Source: Octopus sinensis (lineage: Eukaryota). From it: a stretch of 64,000 bases of DNA. The position numbers and the translations under genes are program-made. Shown one piece after another: positions 33,800 to 46,349 of the stretch. The notes below the pieces were generated by a model, which was given only the letters and a program-made list of their open reading frames with translations, made no database searches and was not told the origin of the DNA. The stretch's first letter is position 1; every line of letters starts with the position of its first letter. Where the stretch lies: positions 1-64,000 of the forward strand of contig NW_021830461.1 in assembly GCF_006345805.1 (NCBI RefSeq), read 5' to 3'.

Positions 33800-34560
33800 G
33801 CAGCAAAAGATATTATAGAACTAATTAGATTGCTCCGATCTCTGACAGTTGTTGAACCTTCATATGAGCATGCGTTTATGAGAAAGCGTTTTTCATTAAT
33901 CCAGCATATAATCAATTTGGTTGTATGTAGGGACTAGTTTTCCATCTGAGTTTCTTCGTTCACCCATCCAAGTGGTTATGTAATATAGAAAATGCGGTGT
34001 TGCACAAGAACACTTTGTTTGCTGTGAAGAAATGGCCAAATATAATCCCAGGTAAATTTCTTTTCGCACGTCCGTGTCTTCCTATTTTCTGAGTTCTTTT
34101 TTATTCCGATTTTTACAATTAGATCGCCGGCAATGAATATAAGTGAGGACGGCTCACATTCCTTGTACGTTTTTGATAATGCTGAGTAGAATTCATCCAG
34201 TTCAGTCGGATTTTTTGCCACTCTTCCACAGTGTGGCGCATATACATTTATATTTGTTAGTGTGTTTTTAGAGGAACTTTGGTTGTTCAGATTGATCTGT
34301 ATTAGCCAGATCCTATCATTCACCCGCCAAGTGTCAGCTGATAGTTTTCTGTCAATGACAAATCCGAGACCATAGTGTTTTGAGTCACTGGGTAAACATA
34401 ATAGTCAATATTTTCCATATTTTCATCGAGGTAATGCGTAATTTTTGTTTCTTGTATGCATCCAATAAAAACTTTAAATCTTTCTAGGTCGTCACAAAGA
34501 ATATTTCTTGACTTAGGCTTAGATATTCAGCATGTATTGGACGTAAGAATCTTTAGGGCA
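33800..34560 (-). mobile_element. RTE-like LINE apurinic endonuclease fragment
   Basis: INVYAPH, LDEFYSAL, IFIAGD, YNQIDY motifs. Confidence 0.7.
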
Positions 34561-34787
34561 AGCATATTCTCTGTATCTTCTGCTTTTTACAAATTTTTCT
34601 TAATCGTTGTACGGAAAAGAAACAAGGCATGTCACCACCTTACCAAAACAAAACTATTGAATAAAATCTTCTTAGGATTTTAAAATAAATAATTTAATTT
34701 TATTTATATTTTAAATATAATATACATTTTTAATTTGTTAACCTCCACAGAAATAGTATTAAAAAGGAAGTTAAATATAATTTATTG

Positions 34788-35344
34788 ATGTACGTTTCTG
34801 TCTCTTGGAAATTCGTGGAGGTATATCCAAAGAAATCTGCACTAGGTATTTCTTTTTTGTTGAAATATATTTTAGCGCACTGTCTTATTGTCGATAATGA
34901 CTTAAACATCCTTTTCGAAAGCTTTATTACACCGAACCAATCAGTCACGAATTATCGAACTCAGTATGGAGGAGTCCATCCGTATGATCTGGATGACTCA
35001 ATCTCATTCCGTAGAGCGAGAGCAATTATATTCGATATCCTGAAAGTAATAATATGTTTGGTCTATAGTTATAGGACACACTCATAATTGGCCACGACCT
35101 TAGCCAATTTTTCGCCTGCCTAGAATTTAACATTCATTATTTCGACTGTTTCGACACATATTTGTGTCCAGAACTTCTTGAAATGATGGAAAAATCTGGC
35201 AGCGAAAAAAAGTCATTAAAGGAAATGGCCAGAATCATTCTGGACTTTAAATTCGAAAATTATGACTCGTGGTCACGAATTAGAGCTGCGCGTGATCTCT
35301 ACTTATTAGTCGATTCTATAAAAAACAATAGATTAGACTGGTAA
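34788..35344 (+). CDS. REX4/ISG20/AEN-like DEDDh exonuclease-fold protein with catalytic residues substituted; two mini-introns
   Basis: SALAHCLIVD..LNILFESFITP..SVTNYRTQYGGV...IIGHDL...FDT...SLKEMARIIL. Confidence 0.7.
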
Positions 35345-35860
35345 ATTATTAAAAATTGTTTGGATTTTATTTTTTTTATTTAAAAAAGACAATTAGGTGA
35401 AGAAATTCGAGCTTTTTTTAGCAGTAATTTTGCAATCGAAAAGTGTTTTGGTAGTTAGGAAGGAAGAACGTGGAACAGGCATTTTTGGAAATACGATATT
35501 TCCTAATTATATTAATTTCCTTTTTTGTAAATTAAAATTTTTAAAACTCTTTTTAAAGTAATCTATGTATTTAATTTTCAAAAAATTGAAGATTTAGAAA
35601 AACTCAAATAATGAAGTGGACGTTGCAAAATAAAATAAAGTAGACACTATCACTGAAAATATTCTTACTTTTAATGGACCATTTGACTAAAATATTGAAC
35701 ACAAAATACCTGAAAGTCGTCGCTTTATCAACGATAGATTCAAAACAATGTCTCAAATTTGTTTCTCGCTAAATATAGTATTTCGTTGTTTGATTTTCCG
35801 TTAGGATTTGACCTGTCATGTCGATTCGTTAATTTTCAATTGTGTGATATTTGTCTAGAC

Positions 35861-37964
35861 CAGGGGTTTTCAACCTTTTTAGCTCAAGGGCCAAATCGAT
35901 AATTAAGATTAGCTTCGCGGGCCGCACAAAAAATATTTTATATATTTTTATATTTTTCATTTTACTAAATATTGATTCGCATAAATATGTAGATTCAACA
36001 GAACAAATTTTATTTGGTAAATGAAGCTAGATTAGTTTAATATTATAAATCGTCACGCTCCGGCAGCCAGTATCGCGTGCGTGTTGCCACGAAGAACTGC
36101 AATTCCGATACGTTGGCGAAGCCAATACCCCTCGCGACTGTCCCTCCTTCGTTTAGCCAGCATCGCCCCAATTTCCTTGAGAAATTCCGCGGTTTTGGAT
36201 CCCACTACACCAGACGTCTCCATCGAGATTGGGACAAAACGGAAAAGTTTTCCGATCTCCAAATACTTAGATATCTTCGCCTTTTCTGCTGCATTAGCAG
36301 CCCAACCGGGCGAATGAATATTCCGAAGAATCATGGACTGGGAGAACGTGTCTACGCACGTCGCATCCCATGCGAGTGATTTTCCCTGGGAGTACGGGAA
36401 AAGAGTTATCCCATCGGGCCTTCTGCCATCTCCCCGGTCAAGCCCGATGGGTTCCAGGTGTGCTGGAATCCTGCGCTCTCGAGGGCCCGTCGTATTATGT
36501 CGTTGAGTGCGGCATGGCGGGGAGCGCGACCTGCACTCCTCTTGCAAGACAAAGGGTGTAGTCCTTTGGAATCGACTATTCCTCCACACCGGCATCTGTG
36601 TTCCTGACAGACGTCAAGACCCAAGCGTTGTGCAACACCGATTCTCACACAATCGTCGTCCATAAGCGTACCGAAAGAACTGCATGGAAATGCGTGGAGC
36701 CATGCACCACTCCCGTGCTGTGCTCCGGATAGCAAACAGACGAGCCGGTGTTGGTTCAACTCCCGCTTCAGGTCATCAACGACAGCTTTGCATGATATTG
36801 CGTCCCAACAATTCTGTCTCGAGACATCATCTGGGATTGAAAGTCCGGCTTCCTTCCATTGCAAGCAAGCCTTGTCAAATACTGTGTCCAAGGAGAGTCC
36901 AGTAGTGTTACGTAGGATTTCCTGGACGAGATGACTGCAGCTTGAAAGCGATGACAGATATGCCGGGAATGCGAAATCCAGCGCCGACCTGAGACCCGTT
37001 CCTCCGATGCGTGTAGGAAGCTTGCATTGATTCCAACCAGGTTCGTCAAAGTGGATGTTCAAGAGCGATTCAGCTGAACTTCTCAAGGTCCTATCCAGTG
37101 TCTGTAGAATGTCTCGATGTTCCAAGCAGGGAGAACAACGGAGAGCGTATTGGAGTTTAGGCAAGCCAATGCTATTTTTCAAAAGGAAGAATGCAGTATG
37201 AGCATTGAGTAAGGAGAGTTTCTCCGTAACTCTAGAAAGACCCTTGTTTTTTTCCAGCAGATGGCACCGCAGTTCCTTTTCGCCAAGTGGCACCCAAGAA
37301 AGTATGCCCTCTCCCGAGGTAAGACAGTAATCCCAGGTAATATCGATTTGAAAGACTTGACCACGTTGATAAAATCACTTTCCGAGTATGTGATATTTAT
37401 CAGCTCCGATTTCTTTATATTTATATCAAGTCCGAGTTTTCGTAGTACAGGCACGGCTTGTGACAGAACGTCAAAAACTTTTCCCCACGGCCCTCCAATC
37501 GTGGCATCATCAAGATACCAGAGGTTCAGTTCCGCGCTGATGGAACGTACAGTTTCGTCATAGATTCATATATGCATTGTGTGTTATATTTTTGAATTTG
37601 TCTTGAGGAAATAATTCGTAAAAATTAATAATGGACGCATTTTTGAATAATGCCGCCAGTTCTATATCATGTTGTAAATTAATGAGTTCTATTTCAAACT
37701 TTGCAGGCGCATCCTTAATTTTCACGCTGAATGGAGTTGCGAATATTTTCATTAAAGGAAGGAATTCTTTAAAATTCTACAAATTAAATTTATATAAATG
37801 TAACCCAAAACGTGCTTCAAATTGATTAATGAAATCACCGATTATGGATATGTTTAACCTTAAGAATGAATAATTAAATTTAAACATTACTAAAAAATTA
37901 AAAAAGTTAGTTACTCTAGAGGGGCCGCAAAAAAAATTCTGGGGGCCGCATTTGAGAACCGCTG
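35861..37964 (-). mobile_element. Internally deleted hAT (GTF2IRD2/Buster-like) element with both TIRs and an 8-bp TSD
   Basis: CAGGGGTTTTCAA ... TTGAGAACCGCTG; TSD GTCTAGAC at 35853-35860 and 37965-37972; FATPFS...ELINLQ and STYLCESIFSKMK remnants. Confidence 0.88.
35998..37560 (-). mobile_element. 5'-truncated CRE-like retrotransposon nested in the hAT element
   Basis: WYLDD RT motif, LPTRIGGTGLR, CCHC, DGRRPDG RLE; candidate TSD TAGATTCA at 35990-35997 and 37561-37568. Confidence 0.9.
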
Positions 37965-38199
37965 GTCTAGACGCTATGATACATAGATTTTTTACACACA
38001 AGGACATTTTTTTGCTTAGATAAATTTATATCTAGATTTTCATTTCAATAAAAAAATGCTTCTCATTTTTCTATCGTGTTTAATGTTTTTTGGTGATTCA
38101 CAAAATAATTTGTTTAGTGAATTTCTTCATTCTCACCTTGAATAGTGAGAGAATCAGAATTATCATTAAGTTAGTCTTTAATCTTGTTTAATTCGGTAA

Positions 38200-38800
38200 A
38201 TTCGTGATTGATTATTTGATCGTCATCAACTGGATCAAATATTTGTAAAATATTGAACATTTCACGATAGCTGTCGATCTAGTCATTTTGTTTATTGTGT
38301 TCACTTTCGCATTTAATCAATTTTGAATGACCAAAACAGTTTTTGATTGTTTGCTCTGTTACTCTTTTTCAATCATCAAAAATAAGTACGAATAAGACCC
38401 TCTTTTAAATTCAATTTTTATAAGCCTCTAATGGATTGTCTCTATTTTCAAATTTTTAGCACATAACCAAATTTTTATTGATTAAAACATTGTTTAAAAA
38501 ATTTAAATTTTTGATTCGTTGCCTGTAAAATTGTTGTTATCTGCAGATAAATATGATATCAATTTTGTCCAAACTGACAAATAGCGACTGAATCAAAATT
38601 TTTCTTGTCATCAACTTTTCTGGTAAATGACAATTTAAAAATTTTTAAAACAACGCGGTTTCTGATACTTTTTAAAATAAGATGTATTTTTTTTTCTCCT
38701 AGTCAATCACGCAAAGTAAAAGAATCTTTTTTATAATTGTATTCACAATGAAATAAATTAATGCTTCTGCTTTCAGTTGATTTTCTTTCTTTTTGAGCTA
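38200..38800 (-). mobile_element. Degenerate pogo/Tigger-like DDE fragment
   Basis: Remnants resembling PLLILKSIRNRV..F and VTEQTIKNCFGHSK. Confidence 0.4.
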
Positions 38801-38999
38801 GATCAAACTCTTTGTGGTAGGCGTTTTCTTTGTTCGTTCTCAAGTCCTACTTAATAGCCACACGCAGAAAAGATTCCTCAGTTTTTTTATTTTTAAAACA
38901 AGACTTTTGGTATTCTTCCGGCAAAATTATTCCAAACTTATGTACTGTACGCATTCTCTCCAATGTTTTCCAGATAATCACCCAGTGTGGGTCTTCTGA

Positions 39000-40200
39000 G
39001 ACCGATTGAGCCCCAGTGATATCTATAGAATTTACTCACAACACCTTCCATGTTAGTACCAATGGTACTACAGGCAATTTAGCGTTGTAGATTACTCTCA
39101 GTTCACTGGCAAGCAAATCGTATTTATGAAGCTTTTCTTTTAGGTTTTTTTGGGAGGTGATCCCAATCTCTATAAAGGGGGGATTTTTTTCCTTATTTTG
39201 TCGAGTACTAAAATGTCCGGCTTGTTATTCTCGACTTTCGTATTTACAGTATACTATCTCGAATCTGCCACTTTTGGTTCCTAGGGATTGTTTATCGGTT
39301 CGAGAGGGGTTGTTTATCGATCTTTTAATTATTACAAAAAATAATTTTTGTACATGCAGCGGATTCGAGAATTTCCCTAAGAAATTTGTATTTTTATTTA
39401 AAAAATGGCGGATTTGAGAGAGTTTACGTTATATTTAGTGTCGTGTCAGCACATATCTCTACAGAGTTATTTGCAGCCACTGACTGAACAGAGTGGGTTT
39501 TAAACCTTCTGAATTTCTTAATACATAATGCATATGTATACACTTTACTATAATGCATACTATACACTTTAGTACTTTGTTGTGTCTTCGTAAGTAGTCA
39601 CTATCTAGCATTCCACTACACCTCGTTTCTAAGCGATCAACTGTCTTCCTGGCTGAGCTATAGTGACTGCACAATTTTCTAACATTGTCTAAAAATAGAT
39701 TACATTGGTTTTCGGTGAGTTATTTTAATGTGATAACCACCAGGACGATTCCTTCACATCCACGTCCAAATCATCATATCAAGTTGACTACTCTTGCCTG
39801 ACTTATTCACTACCACATTTGGAAATTTCGCATCCAATATATTACTCAAGGAGTCCAGAAGAAGCATAAAGATTTGCGCCAATAAAGAATCACCTAGCAT
39901 GATTTCTCTCACCATTCTCACTTCACCAATCTCTTTTTGGCTGACTATCAGCTTGATCTTCCATTTCGTGACAAGTCTTTTTAAAAAATCCACAATCCAA
40001 CAAGGGAGGCCGGAGTTATAAAGGATTTCGTATAGAAGCTCATGGTCGACAGAGTCAAAGATCTTTTTACATTAACCCACGCAGACCGGTCAACTCCACT
40101 AGTTTCGCTTTTTATTAATTTCAAAATTGTTAGTTCTCTTAACTTGCTTATCCAACTATTGCTGGCTTAAACTCTTGAATCCCATGAATGTTGGGAATGA
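39000..40200 (-). mobile_element. Degenerate R4/Dong-like RT + RLE fragment
   Basis: FDSVDH, REIMLGDSL, TVDRLETRC..MLDSDYLRRHNKVLKCI, EIGITS..KLHKYDLLA. Confidence 0.7.
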
Positions 40201-40263
40201 TTTTTCAGAAATCAAAACTTGATTTAATAAAAATAAGAAAAGAAATTTATTAGATGCAGAGAA

Positions 40264-41820
40264 TTAAAGATGATTTAAAATGGGTTCATCGTATGAGGAG
40301 ATAATATCACAAATAGTATAAACAAGCGAATCAAGTTCTTTGAATTCCATTGCACATGAAACAGTTATTTTTATGCTGGAAAATAAAGCGAAGTACCAAA
40401 ACCTTGGCGGAGAAGGCACCATTTGAGGATAATACGGACGACTTTGGTATGCCATTACCAAAGCAATGCCTTGAAAGATGGCTTGGTTGACAATATGCTT
40501 CAACAAATCTACATTTTCATGTCTCAACAGAAGAATCGGAACGTTCTTATCTCCAGCAACTTCGAATTTTGGGAGTCTAAAATTCAAAAAAAACAAAAGA
40601 AACAATTTTTCGAACAAACTCCTTAAATATGCTGTATTTTCAGATAATTTGACAAACCTCCATTCCTGAGATAGGAGAGGAAGTTTTGCAATCACATCTG
40701 CAACAGTAATCGGAGGAGATGAGGCAGAAAACAAATAGCCGGAGCCGGCAAGTCTTTGATGATTAATAATTGATGAGCTGCCAATACAAAGACCACCAAG
40801 GGAAGAAAAAGAATTTTCAAGAGAGAGAATAATCATATCAATTTGGGAAATCTGTCAAAGTCATAATATAATGATCTACATCACATTCAAAAAGTTGAGT
40901 AAGTCCTCTCTGATTTATTACACCAATAGAATAGCTCTCATCCAATATGATCCTTGCTTTGTATCTGTATTTCAATCTGATAAGTGTGGGGAGATCAGGA
41001 ATGTCCATATGTTTTTGATTAACGCCCTCTGCCACTATGAACTTGCCCGGAGAAAGGCTTGCGGCTAGCAACTGTTCCAAATGGCCCCAATCGTGGTGTC
41101 TGTAGAAATGAATGCGACCTCGAGATGTTTTGGCACCAAACGCGATCCATTGAGAACACGATTCGTCCAAAAACACATCATCATCACTGTGTATGCACGA
41201 GGGAAGCACACTTATAATAACAGAACAAGAGTATGAATAAAGAATAGCTGCCTCTGCTCCCATAAATAAAGCAAATTCTTCTTCCAATTGTAAATGGCAT
41301 TCTATAATGTATTGCGTAGGTATTTTACCTAATGTTCCATAAAATGCTCGAGGTCCACAACTCCCTACGCCGCATTCTGATAGAATTGATATAGCCTGTT
41401 CCTGCGAATTAATAGGAAAATCAATATACTTCTGATTCAGGATTCCCAGCAAGATCAATAAAATTATAGGAAGAAAAATTAATACATTTAATCCCATCAA
41501 CTGTTATATGCTTACCAGGTTTACTAGAACATAAGCTACATTTCGTACCTTGAGATTATGCGTCTCTTGCGAACAGGTTGCTCAGTAAATAAAGGAGTGG
41601 GAGTCCATTCTTCGATTAGTTCCTCTTCTTCCTTTAATTTTTTTGTTAAATAAAATACTTTTTTGGTTAGAGCACTTTTTATTTTGTAGCTTTTTTGAAA
41701 AAATAGAGATATGCAACCGATGATCAAAACTACCTCGAACAGAAGGCGATATAATGGAGCATTCAATGCTGCGGCTATATATTCGTGATATTTCCATATG
41801 AAAAACGGTTCACCATACAT
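40264..41820 (-). CDS. SPTLC1: Serine palmitoyltransferase long-chain base subunit 1
   Basis: EEELIEEWTPTPL, GVGSCGPRAFYGT, HLQLEEEFALFMGAEAAILYSY, LDESYSIGV, SLENSFSSLGG, HQRLAGSGYLFSASSPP. Confidence 0.92.
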
Positions 41821-42149
41821 ATAAAATTTTAAAATAGTTAGTGATAAGTCTTTATTAATTTAAATATTTTTTTTAGAAATTCTAAGAAATTTTTTAAAAA
41901 TTATTTAAAAATTTAATGTTTTTAGCTATCACTTCCAATTATAAAAAAAGAACAAAATTGCTTTCGTTTATAACTCGACTCTTCTTTGGATATCAAAATT
42001 TTGTCATCGTAATTCATAATTGTAACGAATTCTAGTTAGCATAATAAAACAAAAAAGCACAATATTTCTTTCTTCAAAGCCGAATTTTAATAAATATCCT
42101 CTTTTCCGTGAATTTCAGAAGCAATTGGATATCACTTGTAAATTTTACC

Positions 42150-42430
42150 ACTTTTTTAAGGTCTATACATCTTTTTTAATCCGGAGAAAGAGTTTGCATT
42201 GGCATTTCAAGCTTGTTAAAAAGTTCAAATCATTATATTAAAATGTAAATCTTCCACCCAATTTGTTTAAAAATACACCAGACGTTCTCAATAATGTTTA
42301 AATCCGGTGACTGACTTCGCCACTTTTTAAGTAATTTAACTTTCTTCTGATCAAGGTGGATGGTATTGAATGGTGGATCTCGATTTTTGGCACTGCGCCC
42401 CATATTTTTGAAACATCATATTTTGAAAAT
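42150..42430 (-). mobile_element. Tc1/mariner transposase fragment
   Basis: WRSQSPDLNIIENVW motif near 42280-42325. Confidence 0.75.
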
Positions 42431-44040
42431 CTCTATTTTCTAATTCTACTTAGAAAATTCTTTGTTATTCACTGGAATTGAATTGCAGTAAAAAAGTAAT
42501 TAAACAATTATGTCACAAAACTAATCTCACAAAATATATTAATTATCACATCAAACATCCTTCAACTAGTTGAATATAGTATTGCACAATTCAGAGTCCA
42601 CCGGAAATGACCCAAGTTGTCTCGAGGTTTGAATAGGCAAACTCTGTCAACTTTTAATTTGGAATCAAAATCTTCATTTCCTAAAATATAAAAAGTCTGT
42701 CTGTTATATGTCAACCAATCATATGAATATCAACCAGCAATTTCCCGAATTAGCAATCTTCAAAAAATTTAGTCGAAAAATTCAACTAATATTTAGATGG
42801 TTTCAAGAACAAGCAAGCTTTTGCTCAATATAATTTCACAATGAATGATTATAATTAAAATTGTCAATTATTTTTTAATTAAAAACTTGTTTTGGTCAAA
42901 ATAAATAAAAATTAAATATTTTTACATGCAAGGAAACAGAATAGAATGGATATAGTTAATAAATGCGAAATCAACGAGTTTTTTATCTCAAAATTATTAA
43001 ATTTAGTTAAATTAAACTTTTTAATCAAACAACAAAGTAAATAACTACAAGTTAATTAATAAAAGCTTCATGGTTATTTTATCACTAGTAGCAGAATGGA
43101 AGTAGAAATGAGACTTCTTTTTGCCAAAGAATAGGTTCCGAGAGCATTTGTGATAAGACCTTCTTCAAATGGGAAGTTGAGTCTCTCCATGTTAAGACGT
43201 AACATAGCCGTCAAACATTTTAAAAGTTGTACTGTTTACAACAAAAGAGTCGAGAATTATTACATAAGAAAATAAGATATTTTCTTTGATAGAACGTTTT
43301 GTCAGTAATAAAAGTTGTTACTCGAAAAGATAAAGGATCGCGAGTTTATAGAAAAGGCTAAATTCTTCATGAACTGAATCATAAAAAAACCTTATAAAAA
43401 TACTTTGCCTTAGTTTGGACAAAAATAAAACAAAATTGGTGATGGAGTTTATGAATCAACAAAAGATAAAGAAAAACCATCAAAGTCAACATTTTAGCAC
43501 ATATGTTTCTACAAGTCGATTTCTTTAGCCTAAATAATGTTTTTGTTATGTCGCAAGTGAAATGTATTACATTTATCGGGAGAATTTGGTCCATGGAGAT
43601 CTAAGAGCAGATAGCGTTCTTATCAACAATGAATTAATATGTAAATTTCCAATTTTGGATTAGACATAAAAGCAAATTTCAACGTCCCTGAAGGAAAGAT
43701 TCTATTTGATAAAATTTTCCAGATTCAAATCAGTTTTAAAATTTTGTCAATCATATTGATATATGTAAGTTGATTTCAACAATCTAAGTTTTTTTATTGC
43801 TCTTTTATGTTTGACAACCAGCAGAACTCAACAACTGAAAAGACTTTAGCAACCGACGAAGGACTGAATAGCACCACGTAAATTAATTAAGTAAAAGAAA
43901 TTGGCAATTCTAATGAATTTCACTTTGAGAGTTAGGAATTAACTAGTTAATTAGTTTCTTTTTATTAATAACTGTAAGAACAAACCAGTCAGAAAAATGT
44001 TTTTGTTTTAAAGCAATCTAACAAAGTTTAATTAATTAAC

Positions 44041-44244
44041 TTGCACCGTCATATCTTTGCCCCGATCGCAGTGGAGACGTCGGGAGTCGTCGGTCCCAGA
44101 ACTAAAAAATTCCTTATTAAACTGGGGGACCTGGCAAGCAGAAGGAGAAATGATCATCGGGAACGGACATGGCTTTTCCAACAAATATCAATAGCCATTT
44201 TGCGTGGGAATTGCCATTCCATCTTATCCTCTGCTGCTAATTAA
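44041..44244 (+). mobile_element. CRE-like 3' fragment, closely related to 54250-54430
   Basis: HRHIFAPIAVETSG...ERTWLFQQISIAILRGNCHSI. Confidence 0.85.
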
Positions 44245-44505
44245 ATTGTTGAAATAGTATTAACTAGTTAATTAGTGCTAATCAATTGGAATAAAAACTC
44301 TTTTTATTAATTAACAAACTTAAAAAACTAAAATCAATAAAAATATATATAATCGATAATCAATAAATTCGGGTTAGATCTGAGGAAAAAATCGATGTTT
44401 AGGAAATCGATAATCAATCGATAATTACTTATTTAACCGAATATTTGCTATTGTCTGTAATGTAACAATTAATATATATAAATTTTATTTAAAGAATAAA
44501 GAATT

Positions 44506-44973
44506 TTAATAATAGAAGTCAAATTTGGACAGATCTTCATAATATTGGGGAAATAGGGGTTCATATTCTTCATAACTCCATCCCAGAAAATTATTATAAT
44601 TTTTAGGCTGTGGAGTTTCATATTCTTGAAAATAGAGGTCGTCATAAAATTTATTGAGAGTAGGCTCACATTCATTTGAGAAGCACTCGTAAAATTGACA
44701 AGGGGGATATTTTCCCCAAACTTCTTCATAAAAAGTATAGGTATTTTTTTCCCCTTTTTCTCTTTTTAGGATTCTTGGGTTGTTGTAATACAACCTTAAG
44801 ACGCGGTTGAACTTGTCAACCGTCATCTTAGGGTTGTTTTTCAACTCCCCCCACATTCGTGCAAGTTCTGCTGGATTGGTGATTTGAAATGAATTCGACA
44901 TTCCAATCCATGAGAGATATGGACACTTCTTATTCAAATTTTCAATTAGAAATTCATATAAACACGTTCTCAT
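44506..44973 (-). CDS. Intronless ETS-domain transcription factor with Tyr/acidic tail
   Basis: LYEFLIE.L....LSW..F.I.NPAELARMWGELKNNPKMT.DKFNRVLRLYY...IL....G...TYTF. Confidence 0.85.
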   Translation of the reverse strand: MRTCLYEFLIENLNKKCPYLSWIGMSNSFQITNPAELARMWGELKNNPKMTVDKFNRVLRLYYNNPRILKREKGEKNTYTFYEEVWGKYPPCQFYECFSNECEPTLNKFYDDLYFQEYETPQPKNYNNFLGWSYEEYEPLFPQYYEDLSKFDFYY

Positions 44974-45012
44974 GTCAAAATAGTATTTATCATCCGCAGA
45001 ACGCAAAACACG

Positions 45013-45020
45013 TATTTATA
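45013..45020 (-). promoter_or_regulatory. Candidate TATA box for the ETS gene
   Basis: TATAAATA about 40 nt upstream of the ATG at 44973. Confidence 0.35.
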
Positions 45021-46349
45021 TTGTTTGTGAAGACGTAAATTACGGCAATTTTTGCGAATTTACGTCTTTTTTTATTAAAACGGCGTCAAGTCCGGTTTGT
45101 TTTAAGTGTTAAATCGTAATTATTAAATATAAATGAATTTACACCTGCTCTCTGTGGTATTGAGTTTGTTTTCCTATCCACCAAAATCTCTTCAGTTGTT
45201 TTGGACACCTCAACACAATATTTTTTTAGGGATTATAATTTTTTAGCAACTTGTAATAGTTTGATTTAGTGGATGTGAGTGGATGTAAAAAGGCAAATGT
45301 TGACAATGCCTACTCCGTTGAGTGTTTGCGAAGACTCCTTTGTGGTTTATAAAATTTTTTGTAACTGTGTTGGACAGAATGTGCATCCACACTACAACAA
45401 ATGCTAGAGAGGAGCACATTACATAGCGACAGCATATTCCCATTGCTGTTTTTCGTGTGTCTAGAACTGGTGTGCAGAGTCCTCACTGCCTAATTCGAAC
45501 AAATGTCGATCGAGCATAATGAAAAGTGTTATAGCACTAACCATCTCATATTCATAGTCGATATTAAACTGTTCCCTCAGTCTTCGGGGTTAGAGTCCTT
45601 TCCTGACATATAGTCAGCGAGGAGCGTTAGATTGCATATTCTAGGAGGTCTACAGAACCAGAGAAGAGGAGGAAGAAGGTGCATGGAGTCCAACTCCCTG
45701 TTTACTTCAAAGCTCAGGATTTAGTTAAACAATTAATTAGCTAATTAGTTTCTTTTTATTAATTAAGTGAGTTTTCATGGAAGCCATAATAAGATTGTGA
45801 TATTTATTAAAATTTTAATAAAAAAGTCTAACAGATTAAAAACTACTCTGTTTAAAGTAATATATCAAATGGTTTTAAGCAAACACCTCAAATCTTCATT
45901 ACAGTTTTTTCTGTATGCAAAGAGAGGTGGGAGATGGTTCTCCCAGATCCCATTTGTCAACCTCTTACCGTCGCCGAGAAAAACTTCATTTGTTTCCGGC
46001 AAAGATTTTATCATAATGAAGAGTTTTAATTAATAATGTAAGCAGGAAGGTAGAAGGGGGGTTTGTCAGTGAAAAGAACCGTGAAAAAATCGAAAAAATT
46101 CAAGAAAGATTTCGGAAAGCACTACAAGGACCGAATGAACATCTATCCATCGCCTCATTTAAAGAAATCATTTAAAGAAATTAAAGACAAAAAATTTCTT
46201 AAGTTAAAAAATTTTCTATTACTTTAAACAATGCAATTTTTGGCATGCAATTTTTGGCATGTATGTGTTAATTAAATTTGCTATTCTTCTCTAAAGTCAC
46301 TCCAAAATAATTTAGCACTTACTTTACTAGGATTGGTTTCCCATTTAAT

